From NCBI GenBank assembly GCA_024346625.1, contig AP024664.1, positions 682,001 through 746,000 on the forward strand: a stretch of DNA of 64,000 nt, written 5' to 3'. The notes beneath the pieces are model-generated. The model ran no database searches, was not told the DNA's origin, and saw nothing but the letters and a program-made list of their open reading frames with translations. This document shows positions 23,111-34,944 of this stretch, one piece after another; position 1 is the stretch's first letter; each line of letters starts with the position of its first letter. This DNA comes from Williopsis jadinii (lineage: Eukaryota). The translations under genes and the position numbers were made by a program.

Positions 23111-23953
23111 TTATCCATGTCTCTCTTTCCTAGTCCTTAGCATTTGGATGATATCCCTCTTGGTTGACTTAGATCTGGAACTTCCATTCGTTTCTTCTCC
23201 TGGAACTTTCCTCTTCTTCAAGTTTTTAGAGAATGTTGGCTTGAAATCTAGTGCCTGTTGGAAACTACGACGCCATTGTTCGTCGTCGCACTGAGGTAAC
23301 TCAACCTCTGGGTACTTTTCCTTCACCTTACGATATATCTCTATTGCATTTTGTAGGGAAGAATTTGAATCACTGGTCACATTGAGTCGAATCACCAGGT
23401 CGAAGAAGTGATCGGGTTCTCTTCTAGCATCGACCCTCTGAAATCTCGAAACAAATCCTCCCATTATCTTCTTCACATACTGTTCACCATCTGATATAGC
23501 TTTGATCGATTGGTGATTATCGCCTCTCCTACTGACTCTCTCCGTTGTTATCCCCCATATGTCCTTAGATCTTGGTGATTTACCACCAAGGAAGTCCAAA
23601 CATACAAACTTGACATTACCCAGTTTATGGCTCCCGGTATTGAGTTCCTCGAAGTCTCGAAATATCTGTTCTCGCTCTCTTCGTAGGTGGTTATTCCTAT
23701 CCAGGACCACAATAGACTTATTCTCACTAGCCAGCATATCCAAGCACCGCTGCACAAACAACTTGTTGGACTTCCTTCCTTGAGGAACCTCATCATTGAT
23801 AACAACGCCTACATGATCCCGTAAGGCTCCTTGTAACGTCAACGCAGTGGTTGTCTTCCCGCACCCTATCACAGCAACAGGCACCAGGACAAGCTTCAGC
23901 GGGCATGTGAGGGTTCCACTGGGCACCAGCTTCATGTCAACCCCAAGAGACAT
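23111..23953 (-). CDS. Stand-alone Trl1 (fungal tRNA ligase)-type polynucleotide kinase domain protein
   Basis: VPVAVIGCGKTT P-loop, INDE, VLDRNNH, RVSRRGDNHQSIK, IMGGFVSRFQ, EPD..FDLVIRL, ALDFKPTFSK; no ligase or cyclic phosphodiesterase domain; in-frame TAG immediately before the ATG. Confidence 0.85.
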   Translation of the reverse strand: MSLGVDMKLVPSGTLTCPLKLVLVPVAVIGCGKTTTALTLQGALRDHVGVVINDEVPQGRKSNKLFVQRCLDMLASENKSIVVLDRNNHLRREREQIFRDFEELNTGSHKLGNVKFVCLDFLGGKSPRSKDIWGITTERVSRRGDNHQSIKAISDGEQYVKKIMGGFVSRFQRVDARREPDHFFDLVIRLNVTSDSNSSLQNAIEIYRKVKEKYPEVELPQCDDEQWRRSFQQALDFKPTFSKNLKKRKVPGEETNGSSRSKSTKRDIIQMLRTRKERHG

Positions 23954-25065
23954 CTATGGGAGCCCTCATTGTCCCTCCAGTGCTCACCTGAAATGAGTCT
24001 CATCGCATCACTAAGCCATCACACCGGAGACCCCATGCCATATAAACACCTGGACACCTCACCACCCGGACATCTTACCATCCGAACACCGCATATGGCT
24101 GCATGCATATATGACGTCATAAGTGCATTGTGTGTGTGTTTTTTTTCTTCATGGGCTTTTGCCGTGGTTATAAAAATAGGCACAAATTGCCATAAATTTG
24201 GTCTCATCTTCCAGTTTCATTGCTGTACCTGAATCGCCAACGGTTCTCTTTGGTTGGTGAGTTGATCTTGAACGACGTGGACTAATTGATCCGAAAGCCT
24301 GGCTGTTGCCAATATGCGAGGAAATCGGCTTTTTTCTTGTGTCGGGCTTCCCTGTTGGCTTAGAAACGACTCCCACTGGTGTCATTTTAGGTGCAATTCT
24401 GGTATTAATTGCTTGTCCAAGTTGGTTCACGTCCCGGCTGAAGGTGCATCTTCGAATACGATGCGTTCATGTACAAGTTGCGAACGATAACTTTGATCTC
24501 CTCCATCTCTTCAGCTTTGCCCTGATGTGTTCTGTCACTGTAATGTTGTAGCGAAAACGATAGTAGAGATCTTCCAGGCGTGCAGAGGTATAAGCAATGA
24601 TCGACCTTGGGCTCGCAATAATCCCATGTAGGAACAGTTTCTGATGCCAGCCAGCACCGTTGTCCAATCCATGCTGAAATGAAGTGTCAATAACTGAGGA
24701 AAATACACAGTTTTCTCTTCAAAGAGAACGCCTCTTATGCACACTTCTGTCCCCATCATTCCCATTACGCAGCTCAACATGGTGGGAAGCACTTTACCTT
24801 GTGCGCATTGGACGTACCCCTTACACGATTTCTTAATTTGGTTCTCGTCCACCGACTTGTGGGTGATTCTCACATCTGCACTGGTGATTAACGACGTAGT
24901 GCAACAGGTTCGTCAGGATGAGAGTTTGCAGAAAATAATATAACCAGGTCTTTTCTTTCCCTTTCTATTTTTAATCCTTCTTCTTGATCTAAAATCGTCG
25001 ACATCGGCATATATCAACACCTGTCAATCGCCCGTGGAATTACAGTTACAGTGCGCTAAAAGGTG

Positions 25066-28000
25066 ATGAAGAACCTGCTGCTGGAAACAATGACTTGTGA
25101 AGTTCTCTCACTGTTGCAATCAGAGCAGAAGCTTGAGCAGGTGGTTAAGAACCCAGCCCAGTTCGAGAAGTTCCGTCTTGATGTCATTCAAACTCTTGAA
25201 CAACAACAATGTTCGATAACCACTTTACAAACAACGTCTGCAGTGAACAGAAGGTCTTTGAGTGCACTTGTGAAGAATTTGAGCCGTGTTGCGGACGGAG
25301 ACTTCCCTGAGCCCTTGGACATAGAAACGAGTCCTATGGTTGATCCACTGATACGGGACTTACAGCACGCCTTCAACCTCATGATGTGTGAGATTGGAAG
25401 CTACACCAGTCAGGTCACCAAGATCGCAACAGAGGTGGCACACGGTGAGCTTGGTGGTCAGGCAGAGTACACTGGAACAAAAGGTGAGTGGAAGGTTCTC
25501 AGCGATACGCTGAACACGATGGCTCTGAACCTGACAAACCAGGTTAGAGAAATAGCTGACGTTGTCAGATCAGTGGCAGATGGTGATCTCAGCAAGAAGA
25601 TAAACGTCCATGCCCAGGGTGAAATCCTGGAGTTGCAAAACATCATCAATACCATGGTTGAGCAGTTGAAGACCTTTGCCTTTGAAGTGACCAGAGTCTC
25701 CAGAGAAACAGGTGTTGAAGGCCGTCTAGGAGGCCAAGCCGTTGTTGTCGGTGCAGAGGGAATATGGAAGGAGCTCACAGATAACGTCAACGCCATGGCT
25801 ACGAACTTAACTAACCAGGTGAGAAACATAGCCAATGTCACCACTGCCGTGGCGAAAGGTGATTTGTCTAAAAAGGTCACTGCAGATTGTAAAGGTGAAA
25901 TCTTGGAGTTGAAGATCACCATAAACCAAATGGTGGACTCTCTACAGACCTTTGCTATGGAGGTAACATCACTTGCGACAGATGTCGGTATAAAGGGTAT
26001 CCTTGGAGGTCAAGCCGTCGTTAACGGCGTTGAAGGTGCTTGGAAAGATCTCACTGATAACGTCAATGCGATGGCGACCAATTTGACGAACCAGGTGCGT
26101 TCAATTGCAACAGTTACCACTGCAGTGGCACATGGTGACTTGTCTCAAAAGATCCATGTTGTTGCGCAAGGTGAGATCTTGGAGTTGAAGAATACCATCA
26201 ACAAGATGGTTGACTCTCTACAGGTTTTCGTCTCTGAAGTGACTCGTGTTGCTAAAGATGTTGGTGTCGAAGGTAAGTTAGGTGTTCAAGCCCAAGTGTC
26301 TGATGTTGATGGACTCTGGAAGGAAATCATCACCAACGTGAATGTCATGGCAGCCAACCTTACCTCACAAGTCCGTGCCTTTGCTCAAATAACGGCAGCT
26401 GCGACTGATGGTGATTTCACCAAGTTTATCACAGTGGAAGCCTCTGGTGAGATGGATACCTTGAAGACGAAGATCAATCAGATGGTTTTCAACCTGAGAG
26501 ATTCCATCAAGAGAAACACTGCTGCCAGAGAAGCTGCAGAACTGGCAAACAGTGCCAAATCTGAGTTCTTGGGTATCTTCTCCCATGAGCTGAGAACCCC
26601 GTTCAATGGTATCTTGAATTATACACAGTTAACTCTGGACACCGAACTGACACAGTATCAACGTGAAATGCTGAGTACGGTTCATAATCTGGCTAATTCC
26701 CTATTGACAATTATTGACGATATTCTTGATATCTCTAAGATTGAAGCCAATAGAATGACTATCGAGGAGGCAGATTTCTCACTGAGAGGAACTGTATTTG
26801 GTGCTTTGAAGACCTTGGCCGTCAAGTCAATAGAAAAACCGTTGGAACTGATATATCAGGTTGATAACTCGTTCCCAGATTCCCTGGTTGGTGACTCTTT
26901 CAGGTTGAGACAAGTGATCTTGAACTTGGTTGGTAATGCCATCAAGTTCACATCAGAAGGGCATGTTAAACTAATGGTGAGAAAGGCAACGAAGTCTCTT
27001 GATGAAACGATATCCACTACTGTCCAAGACTCAAAGTATGTTGTTGGACCTGCTGATGTGAATATCAGGCCATCTTCAAAGTCAGATCCACTCATGCTTG
27101 AATTCTGTGTTAGCGATACTGGTATTGGCATTGCTACGGATAAGCTGGACTTGATCTTTGAGACATTTACCCAAGCTGATGGCTCCACTACAAGAAAGTT
27201 TGGAGGTACTGGTCTTGGTCTGTCTATTTCCAAGAAGCTCATTCATCTGATGGGAGGTGAGATCTGGGTTACCTCCAAATACAGAGAGGGATCCAGGTTC
27301 TACTTCACCATATGCGTTACACCTGCACAGGAGAACCCTTTCAAGAGAGATGAGAAGCTTCTGACCTTCAACCTTCACCAAATATTGTTTGTTTCCACGA
27401 GGCACTCCCCAGAGGACACAGAGCAGATTAGAAAGGACTTGCTTGAGCTCAACCTGAGACCAACAGTTGTGCGTGATATCTCAGAGGTGAGCGAATCTGA
27501 ACAGAGTAAGTTCGACGTGATTATCATTGATTCTCTTGAAACCGGGAAGCAACTACGTGATCTTTCTGAAATCAAGTATATTCCATTCGTTCTTCTCAAT
27601 CATAAGATCCCCAAATTGAATATGAAGGAATGTCTCGATCTTGGTATACAGTCCCATGGTAATACGCCTTGTTCTTTGATGGACCTTGCTGGCTATCTCA
27701 ACCCAGCATTGGAATCTCGTGTTGTTCCATCAGATGACAATACTCCACAGAAGTACACGATCTTACTTGCAGAGGATAACTTGGTGAATCAAAAGCTTGC
27801 GGTTCGTATTCTGGAGAAGTACGGGCATGAGGTTGTCGTTGTACAGAATGGTGAAGAGGCCATCACAGAGGTCAAACAGAACAAGTACGACGTTATACTG
27901 ATGGATGTTCAAATGCCAATCATGGGAGGGTTTGAAGCTACTGAGAAGATCCGTGAATGGGAGAAAGAGATGTGTCCAATAAATCCCCTGAGTATAAGAG

Positions 28001-28206
28001 TCCCAATCATTGCTCTGACAGCTCATGCAATGTTAGGAGACAGAGAAAGGTGCTTACAATATCAAATGGATGAGTACATTTCAAAACCTTTAAAGCCCAA
28101 CCTTCTGATTCAAACAATAGCAAAGACGGTTCACCATATAGGTAAGTTGAAAGAGCTTGATCATAGAGATCCTCGGGTACAAGCTATCATTGGTAAAGTA
28201 GCTTGA
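25066..28206 (+). CDS. NIK1: Group III hybrid histidine kinase (poly-HAMP, HisKA, HATPase, receiver)
   Basis: Repeated [30 protein letters not shown] units, [56 protein letters not shown] receiver. Confidence 0.96.
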   Translation: MKNLLLETMTCEVLSLLQSEQKLEQVVKNPAQFEKFRLDVIQTLEQQQCSITTLQTTSAVNRRSLSALVKNLSRVADGDFPEPLDIETSPMVDPLIRDLQHAFNLMMCEIGSYTSQVTKIATEVAHGELGGQAEYTGTKGEWKVLSDTLNTMALNLTNQVREIADVVRSVADGDLSKKINVHAQGEILELQNIINTMVEQLKTFAFEVTRVSRETGVEGRLGGQAVVVGAEGIWKELTDNVNAMATNLTNQVRNIANVTTAVAKGDLSKKVTADCKGEILELKITINQMVDSLQTFAMEVTSLATDVGIKGILGGQAVVNGVEGAWKDLTDNVNAMATNLTNQVRSIATVTTAVAHGDLSQKIHVVAQGEILELKNTINKMVDSLQVFVSEVTRVAKDVGVEGKLGVQAQVSDVDGLWKEIITNVNVMAANLTSQVRAFAQITAAATDGDFTKFITVEASGEMDTLKTKINQMVFNLRDSIKRNTAAREAAELANSAKSEFLGIFSHELRTPFNGILNYTQLTLDTELTQYQREMLSTVHNLANSLLTIIDDILDISKIEANRMTIEEADFSLRGTVFGALKTLAVKSIEKPLELIYQVDNSFPDSLVGDSFRLRQVILNLVGNAIKFTSEGHVKLMVRKATKSLDETISTTVQDSKYVVGPADVNIRPSSKSDPLMLEFCVSDTGIGIATDKLDLIFETFTQADGSTTRKFGGTGLGLSISKKLIHLMGGEIWVTSKYREGSRFYFTICVTPAQENPFKRDEKLLTFNLHQILFVSTRHSPEDTEQIRKDLLELNLRPTVVRDISEVSESEQSKFDVIIIDSLETGKQLRDLSEIKYIPFVLLNHKIPKLNMKECLDLGIQSHGNTPCSLMDLAGYLNPALESRVVPSDDNTPQKYTILLAEDNLVNQKLAVRILEKYGHEVVVVQNGEEAITEVKQNKYDVILMDVQMPIMGGFEATEKIREWEKEMCPINPLSIRVPIIALTAHAMLGDRERCLQYQMDEYISKPLKPNLLIQTIAKTVHHIGKLKELDHRDPRVQAIIGKVA

Positions 28207-28286
28207 TGTATTATTCCTTTTGTTTCGCCCTTCTTTTAGCACCACTTTAATCTTTATTCATTTCTTTTGGTAATCAAGCTTGTTAG

Positions 28287-29385
28287 CTACCTTATAGGAC
28301 CCATAGACTGATTGGATGAATCAAGTGAATCAACAGATGTATTCCCAACCGACCCTGTTTTGCTCTTCGTAGCATTGAGGATAATATCACGTTGTTTGAC
28401 ACCGACTTTCCACACATCAGGCTTCAGCTGGCCATTTTCCACTCCAGGGCTCCTAATAGCCAAGGAGCCATGATCAACTGCAAACGCAGGTTTCGTTAAA
28501 CCCAAGATCTTGAATACTTCCCTGGCGATAATTCCTCTCGTGAATTTCTTCCTCAAGGTAGATGATTGCTCAATAACTTGGTTCAAATGTTGAGTCATCA
28601 ATGTGCCTCTTAGGCAGTCCATTCTGGGATACAACGATAGGTAGATACCGGAATTGTAGTTATCACGTAACGTCAAGATGGTTCCCTTTCTCCAAACTTC
28701 CACTGGAAACTCCTTATCATCAGGACGGTAGAACGGCCATTTGACCAGTTCGATCAGATCGTCAAACCAAGTTGAGCGACTCTCCTCGTCGCCTATTTGA
28801 ATAGCTTTCTTCCGTCTAATCCTTTGTAGAACGTCATCACAACTACGCTGGAGCAGGAATAACGCCACAACAAGGGCATTTGCCAATGGCACTGACTCTT
28901 CAGTCTCATTTGGTAGCATGAACACCCATGGGAAGGACTCAATCACGTAGCGGCAGAGTCCATACAGCTCGCAATCCACCAATACCTCGTCAACCTTTCC
29001 GGTCCTGTAAGGAATACCTCTCACCATGAGAATGAACAACACAACTTGGTTGACAAAGCGCTGAGGTTATAGATTAGTAGCGGAACAACAACAACAACAA
29101 CAACAAAGCGGTTGAAACGTGAAGAACGTGGAATTAGAATGGTATCAGCTATACGGAAATCAATCTGATGTTATCTCTATAGACACCGTTGTTGAGGTTG
29201 ATCTTGAGCGGCAAGTTCAACAACTTGAGTAGCGTGTCATCTGTCATTCCAACCATTGCAAGATGGCATGGCACGTCTGTCTCAAGACACGGCAAAAGTC
29301 TCCATAACGAGACTTGTGGGTTGTGCTGTTGGAACTTCAGCGCTAAGCTCTTAAACGCCCTATTCATTTCCTCTGTGGAGCCCAT
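28287..29385 (-). CDS. Hypothetical protein, probably two exons (29385-29155, 29060-28287; ~334 aa)
   Basis: Two same-strand ORFs are joined in frame by a 94 nt intron GTATAG...TACTAAT...CTCAG; no domain recognised. Confidence 0.6.
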
Positions 29386-29512
29386 TTCTTCTTGGCCTCA
29401 GTAGGGACTTGCTTCTCCAGCGCTACCGCACAGTTTATTTGTTGTGATTTCTCAGCTCGCACTCCATCAAATATGCTGACGCCATATCAACAGCAGACAT
29501 AATTGGACAAGC

Positions 29513-29968
29513 TCAATCGCTACTGGCACATCCTCTGCAACCACAGTTTACGCACTCTTTGAACTTGATGTTCTCGTTCTTCTCCAGCGTGGCCTTTGGA
29601 ACACGACAGATACAGGTCCCACCGTTGTTGTTCTCTGAGCCTTGGATGCACTTGATACAACACAGGTTCTCGTAACCCTGTTTCTTCCATTTGGCGATGA
29701 GGTTAGCATCGCAATACCTGTGCTTCAGTAGCCAATCGTAGAGCTCCTTGGAGATGGCCTTCTTCTTGTAGTACAACTCGTAGACGTACCTTGACTTCTG
29801 GTGCGTGATACGGAATATTTCCCATAACGACTCACTCTTTCGTCCTGTTTTCGATAGCGCAGTGGCCTGGGCATCCTTGAGCTTGTCCTCGAAGGAATTC
29901 AACGTGGGTTCAATGTTGTGGAACCCGTCTGGAGCTTTCTTTGCTCGGGATGTTCTTGGTCTGACCAT
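29513..29968 (-). CDS. BUD31: G10-family splicing factor Bud31/Cwc14
   Basis: SRYVYELYYKKKAISKELYDWL, LIAKWKKQGYENLCCIKCI, TCICRVPK, CVNCGCRGCASSD. Confidence 0.96.
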   Translation of the reverse strand: MVRPRTSRAKKAPDGFHNIEPTLNSFEDKLKDAQATALSKTGRKSESLWEIFRITHQKSRYVYELYYKKKAISKELYDWLLKHRYCDANLIAKWKKQGYENLCCIKCIQGSENNNGGTCICRVPKATLEKNENIKFKECVNCGCRGCASSD

Positions 29969-30212
29969 CTGTGCTTGGATTCCGAGATCACTGTGGCAAT
30001 AAGCAAATCAATAGAATATGGCGAGAGGAATGTCAAGGGACTGATGGCTTATTGTAGAAGATTTGCCTCGAGACATCGTCACGGTCATCGCCATCTCTGC
30101 TTGAGCTGTGAAAGGAAGAGAAAAAAATCGCTGTGCAAACGATGTGGCGGGCGATGAGATTACGTAAGCTTTGTGATGGCTGTTTATGTAATCAATTTTG
30201 AAAAAAAAATTT

Positions 30213-30307
30213 CGACAGCAGCAGGATTCGAACCTGCGCGGGCAGAGCCCAGTAGATGGCTTGAAATGTATTCGAGTCTCCCGCCTTAACCACTCGGCCA
30301 TACTGTC
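30213..30307 (-). tRNA. tRNA-Ser(CGA) with 13 nt intron (30258-30270)
   Basis: GACAGTATGGCCGAGTGGTTAAGGCGGGAGACT-CGA-A[TACATTTCAAGCC]ATCTACTGGGCTCTGCCCGCGCAGGTTCGAATCCTGCTGCTGTCG; A and B boxes, long variable arm, T9 terminator at 30201-30209. Confidence 0.96.
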
Positions 30308-30929
30308 GTAAATCCATGTTTGTGGAGTTCTACGAGCGTGTAGTTGTGTGGAGCCTGACACTTGGTTGGGCCACATAATTAGTCGTATTGGATAGTCTCT
30401 TATGTTACAATATTCAATTGAGCATTGAAGATGGTGAGTTCCTTAGGTACCATCCGATGTAACTAGAGATAATGTGAATATAGATCAGAGTTAAGTTAAA
30501 GTGTTAACGAAAATGCTATATTTTCTCAATACAGCGTCATGGTGTTAGTGTAATATGAATTACTCAAAAAAGGTAAGTTCATTATTTGTCAAAAATATTA
30601 GAATGGTACTATTAATAATAACAAACCCCATTTCAAATTTCTCCAAATTGTACCACAATGTAGCTCTTACACAAAATAAGAGATATACACAATATGATCG
30701 TGTTACCTTCAATACTCTCTGAGGTATAACCATTCATGGTTTGTATGGTATAATCAAGCAAAACACATAGATTTGCTTATATATCAACAACGAAACAAAA
30801 TTTGGGAAACCTGGAACCGTCATACCGTAGCAATGATCTATATTGTCATATATACTGACATTCAACTGGATTATATCAGTGGTTTTTTCAAAATGATCCA
30901 CACCATACGTGTTCTTATATATAATTCTG

Positions 30930-32720
30930 GCTCTTCGTTACCCTAGCAATCGCAAAAATGTAAGGATGTTTCCAATTCTAATAGGCATTGTTTACATTTT
31001 GAATTCTTATCAACACAAAAATGACACAAAACCAATACAGCTTTATACACAACGTTTAAAACATCACAACACAATGGGCTCATAAACAAAAGATTCAACA
31101 AGGGAAGAAAAGAGACTGGAGAACAACCAGAGAAACCCCAAAGAACTCTCATTGGAACCTTCCAACGACGTCCTCAACCTGAAGAAGAAACATCAGCGAC
31201 TAATCCAGAACCACAGCGGTAACTTCAAACGAAGGAAGTACGACACAACAAGAAGACCCACTAGTTATTGAGACGGACTAATTGACCTGTTATGAGAACA
31301 AGATACGGAGCCAAGGAACCTTCAAGTTTTGTCACAGAATACCCCTGCAGAGATTATAGACTTGCCACAACAGCCGCCCATACCTGAACCTGAACCTGAA
31401 CTTGATAATGGTACTATGGCTGATGAAATAAGAGATAGGCGAAGAAATGCGGCATAAATAGCAGAGAGAGCGTCGGAAGAAATTAGACGTGATGGCGCTT
31501 TTGATTACGGTCCCAACTTTGAATAGATTATTGAAGATAACACCAACGGTTTTAATGAGAATGATGATCCAGTTTATGACGAACAACAATAGCAGAGACC
31601 ACGGAGACCGCAGAACTCAGTTTGTAATCCAGGTGACCTTGAATAGTGTTGTGATTATTGTCAAGCTCTCCTTATCAATACTGAATTACCATCTTTTTGT
31701 TGCGACACGGACAAAAGTTTTACTCGGTGAGATATTCAAAGAACCTTCAAAGTACATGAAGGAGAGCTTGACAATAATCACGTCGAGATACTCTCGAACA
31801 ATCAATACAATGCTTTCAATATCATACTTAGGTTCTAAGAGTACTGGCGATTCAAGATGTGGAACTTATTCAATGACCATCAATAGGCGTTTATTCCATA
31901 GAGTTGATGGTATGATAGCTCAAGAAAATGGTCAAGAGAAGTCTGCAGAAAATTATACACTAGATCCAGGATTAACTACAAATGGTCACCTTGAATTGCT
32001 TAAAGATGTTCTTCAAAACGATGAACAATATAATAAACTTGAGGACTACATTAGCAAGATTGGTGACTTTCCATCTCAACACAATCGTTATGTACAGCTG
32101 TTATATACCGCTAGAGAAATTGTTCAACAGGAGATTACAGAGATGGGATTAACAATAGAAGAGACTATTGTTGAAGTTGCCAATGTTGAGCCAACAACAC
32201 CCACAAATTCAGAAGATCGTACTTCTCTATTACCAGAGGTTAAAGAGTTTGCCTTGGTACGCAGAAGCAATAACAGCAGAACATGCTTCAATTTTAGTGT
32301 AGAGGAGAGGTCGACAGGTCGTTTCACTTTTATCGACAGTCTGTGCAAGAGTGTTCTTTGATCTTTGAGATGCCCTCTTTTAATAAATAAAGGACGAGGC
32401 AAATCTTTTCCATACTAACGGTACTCAGGTTAGCATCATTCTGACATATCCACACCATATACACGCTTGCGATGACATATACGAAATCTTACGCTACAGT
32501 TTTAGAAGACTCCTTAGGCGTTGATTTCGTTAGTTTCAAAATCAGACTATCAACGAAGGACCAGGCATTAAAGTCAATACCAGACGGGCCGCGCAGCACC
32601 AGTTGATGGCGAAGGTAAATCTCGAATCACCTTACCAAGACACTACAGATCAACTTGTATAGAGCCTACGAGTCTTTGCAATTACCCGATAGAAGAGTTA
32701 AAGAACATATTGAAATAAAA
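30930..32720 (+). mobile_element. Degenerate Helitron RepHel N-terminal remnant (stops and frameshifts); boundaries approximate
   Basis: Ordered motifs across frames: GDLE*CCDYCQALL..E..SFCC (31632-31703), KVLL, SRTINTMLSISYLG, TYSMTINRRLFHRVDGM, NYTLD, HNRYVQ, EFALV, LRCPLLINKGRG (32365-32400), GKSRITLP (32614-32637); visibly AT-richer than flanking genes. Confidence 0.72.
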
Positions 32721-32880
32721 TAACCAAAGAAGCCTTTGTAATAGCACAACAACTCATTAAAAGTCGACATCACCATCGCTTCAACGAGTCAAGTTTAAAA
32801 AGACAACCAAAAAAATAAAAATAACAGACAAAACAAACCCAAAATCCATAAAATTACAACCCCCCCAAAGCAACACATAG

Positions 32881-34944
32881 TTAGTGATCATCGTCATTAT
32901 CGTCATCCGTAGAAGATCCATCTTTCTCAACCAGAGAGTCCAGCCTGTTTTCATGGCAACTATCCACAGCTCTTTGCACAACAGAACAGATATCCACACC
33001 GAATAAGTCATAGGTTCCAGAATTCTCTTGGAACAATTGTCTTCTCGGCTGCTTTTCTGGTGAGCCAAAGAGTGTTTCATGGTACGACCCTTCTCCATTT
33101 CTCGGAACTGACGGTGAAGTGTAGAAATCATCCATCACTGAAGGTGAAGGCCAGAATTTTTTCAAAATGCTGTTGGTATTGCCATTCGGGGTACGTGTCT
33201 TTGCAGTTGGAGTACGTAAGAATTGCAAAAGATGGGAATTAGCACTCATGATGCCACTAGGGAGATTCTGACTGTTCGAATTTGCATTTCGTAGAGGTGT
33301 TCTCACTGACGATTGCGATGATTGAACGTTGAGAGCAGTAGCAAACGATGCTACACGTGATCCTGGCGTCAAAGGCTCTAATAGCGGACCAGTTTCCTGT
33401 CTTCTCAGTGGAGATAGCTCATAATTGGTGTTACAGCTGAAAGACGAAGTCAAGGGTAAATTTGGCTTCAATTGTTCAGGCGAATCAGGTTTCACCTGAC
33501 CAAATATGATACGTTCCCCGAGAGCCGATGCTGCCCAGCTAGTCTCAGGTGCCTCTAATTGTGGAATATTTGTCAATTGCCCATTTCCTGTAGATACGGC
33601 CTTTAGTTGTTGCTTCTTTCTTGGAATTAGTGAGTCGTTGGTAGAGACATCCACTTCATCCGCATCCGTTACAACAACCTTTGGCAAAGCAAACCTTTGG
33701 AGACCAATGGCCGAGTTCGATTTTCTGAGAGGAGTTCTGTCCAAGTAACCAAACTGAGTATCGGTTGATCTGATCTGTGCCTTTGGAGTCTGTGTATTTG
33801 AGGGCTCACGTTCATCCTCTGAATTGTCACTTTCAGAAGTTGAAGGACTTCTTGCTGGAGGATTCAAAGAGAGCGAGTTAGAAGCACTAAGAGGAGCTGG
33901 TTTCAACTGTCTTGGTGGAGGAACAGGTTGCATGACAGTTTGTACTTTCTTTCCATGCTTATTTCTGTAAAACTGCATCTCATGACCTTTCACAATTTCC
34001 CAATAGTGACCTTTCCCATCGATTGATTTATCGGTTTTGATGAACGCCTTGTTCAACGAGAGATTGTGTCTGATGGAATTTTGCCAGCCAACGTCCTCCA
34101 TCTTGTAATACTTAAAAGTCGATGAGATCCAATGGTAAATCTGCGAAAGCGTCAGCTTACGATTCTTGCCTCTCAAGATAGCCATGCCTATTAAGACGGC
34201 GTACGAATACGGTGGCTTTTGAGGAGAGTCGCAAATGATCTTTGGCATCTTTGAAGGCGAAGGAAGCTCCACTTCTTCAAGTTGTTGGTCCTGTTGAGGA
34301 TACTGCTCCTGTTCTTGCTGCTGGGCGGAACGTTGTTCCCTGACCTGTCTCTTCAGAGGCTTTGAAGCTTGGACAAAGGAAGGTTGCGGTGGCTTCAGGA
34401 CCTTTCTAGCAGAGGCAACAACCTTTTCCGGCTGAAAGTTGGAAGGTGAAGAGTACTGTGGTGAGAGTGGACCCTTTGCCGATCTCTTTGGCCGTCCTTG
34501 AGCAACAGTTGGCGTATCCTGAACTTTGCTCTTCTTCAACCGCCCACCAGATTCAGCTCTAGAGACTGTATGTGGAGGAGTGGTGAGCGGTTGTACAACG
34601 TCGACCGACGTAGCGCTTGGGCGCTTAGATCTAGCACCACTCATCTGCTTAGAGCTCTCTAGCGCCACCTCAGTGGTGTTCTCTATTGAGTGCGTGTCTC
34701 TCAGCAACGAAGCCGCCTCCTTTGTCTGCACAGGAGTCACAGTATTGATCTGTATTGAATGGTCTGTTTTCGCCTCCACTGGCGTCCTCTTTGGTCTCAG
34801 CGGCTCTATAACAGGGATCGTGGAATACTCTACCAGGGGCGAGCGTTGTTCTTGATGTTGATGGTGGCCCGAAGGAGGTGGCGGAAGATGAACAGAAGTC
34901 AATGATTTAATCAGGTTTGTGTTGAGGTCTTCACCTGGAGACAT
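32881..34944 (-). CDS. HCM1: Forkhead transcription factor Hcm1
   Basis: [58 protein letters not shown]; no FHA domain; many S/T-P sites; near BUD31 as in S. cerevisiae. Confidence 0.9.
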   Translation of the reverse strand: MSPGEDLNTNLIKSLTSVHLPPPPSGHHQHQEQRSPLVEYSTIPVIEPLRPKRTPVEAKTDHSIQINTVTPVQTKEAASLLRDTHSIENTTEVALESSKQMSGARSKRPSATSVDVVQPLTTPPHTVSRAESGGRLKKSKVQDTPTVAQGRPKRSAKGPLSPQYSSPSNFQPEKVVASARKVLKPPQPSFVQASKPLKRQVREQRSAQQQEQEQYPQQDQQLEEVELPSPSKMPKIICDSPQKPPYSYAVLIGMAILRGKNRKLTLSQIYHWISSTFKYYKMEDVGWQNSIRHNLSLNKAFIKTDKSIDGKGHYWEIVKGHEMQFYRNKHGKKVQTVMQPVPPPRQLKPAPLSASNSLSLNPPARSPSTSESDNSEDEREPSNTQTPKAQIRSTDTQFGYLDRTPLRKSNSAIGLQRFALPKVVVTDADEVDVSTNDSLIPRKKQQLKAVSTGNGQLTNIPQLEAPETSWAASALGERIIFGQVKPDSPEQLKPNLPLTSSFSCNTNYELSPLRRQETGPLLEPLTPGSRVASFATALNVQSSQSSVRTPLRNANSNSQNLPSGIMSANSHLLQFLRTPTAKTRTPNGNTNSILKKFWPSPSVMDDFYTSPSVPRNGEGSYHETLFGSPEKQPRRQLFQENSGTYDLFGVDICSVVQRAVDSCHENRLDSLVEKDGSSTDDDNDDDH

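Noticed and set aside
23954..25060. Upstream Trl1 ligase-domain remnants or an exon for the kinase gene
   Set aside because: No KxNG, EGFV or KYKFEEPY-like motifs in the minus-strand ORFs listed and no branch point near the ATG.
30403..30789. Possible solo LTR upstream of the tRNA (TGTTA...CAACA, AT-rich)
   Set aside because: No target-site duplication (TCTTA versus ACGAA) and no second copy in the window; unresolved without a genome-wide repeat search.
31489..32361. 290 aa ORF as an intact gene
   Set aside because: It starts out of frame with the upstream Cys motif, and homology continues past its stop, so it is treated as part of a decayed element.
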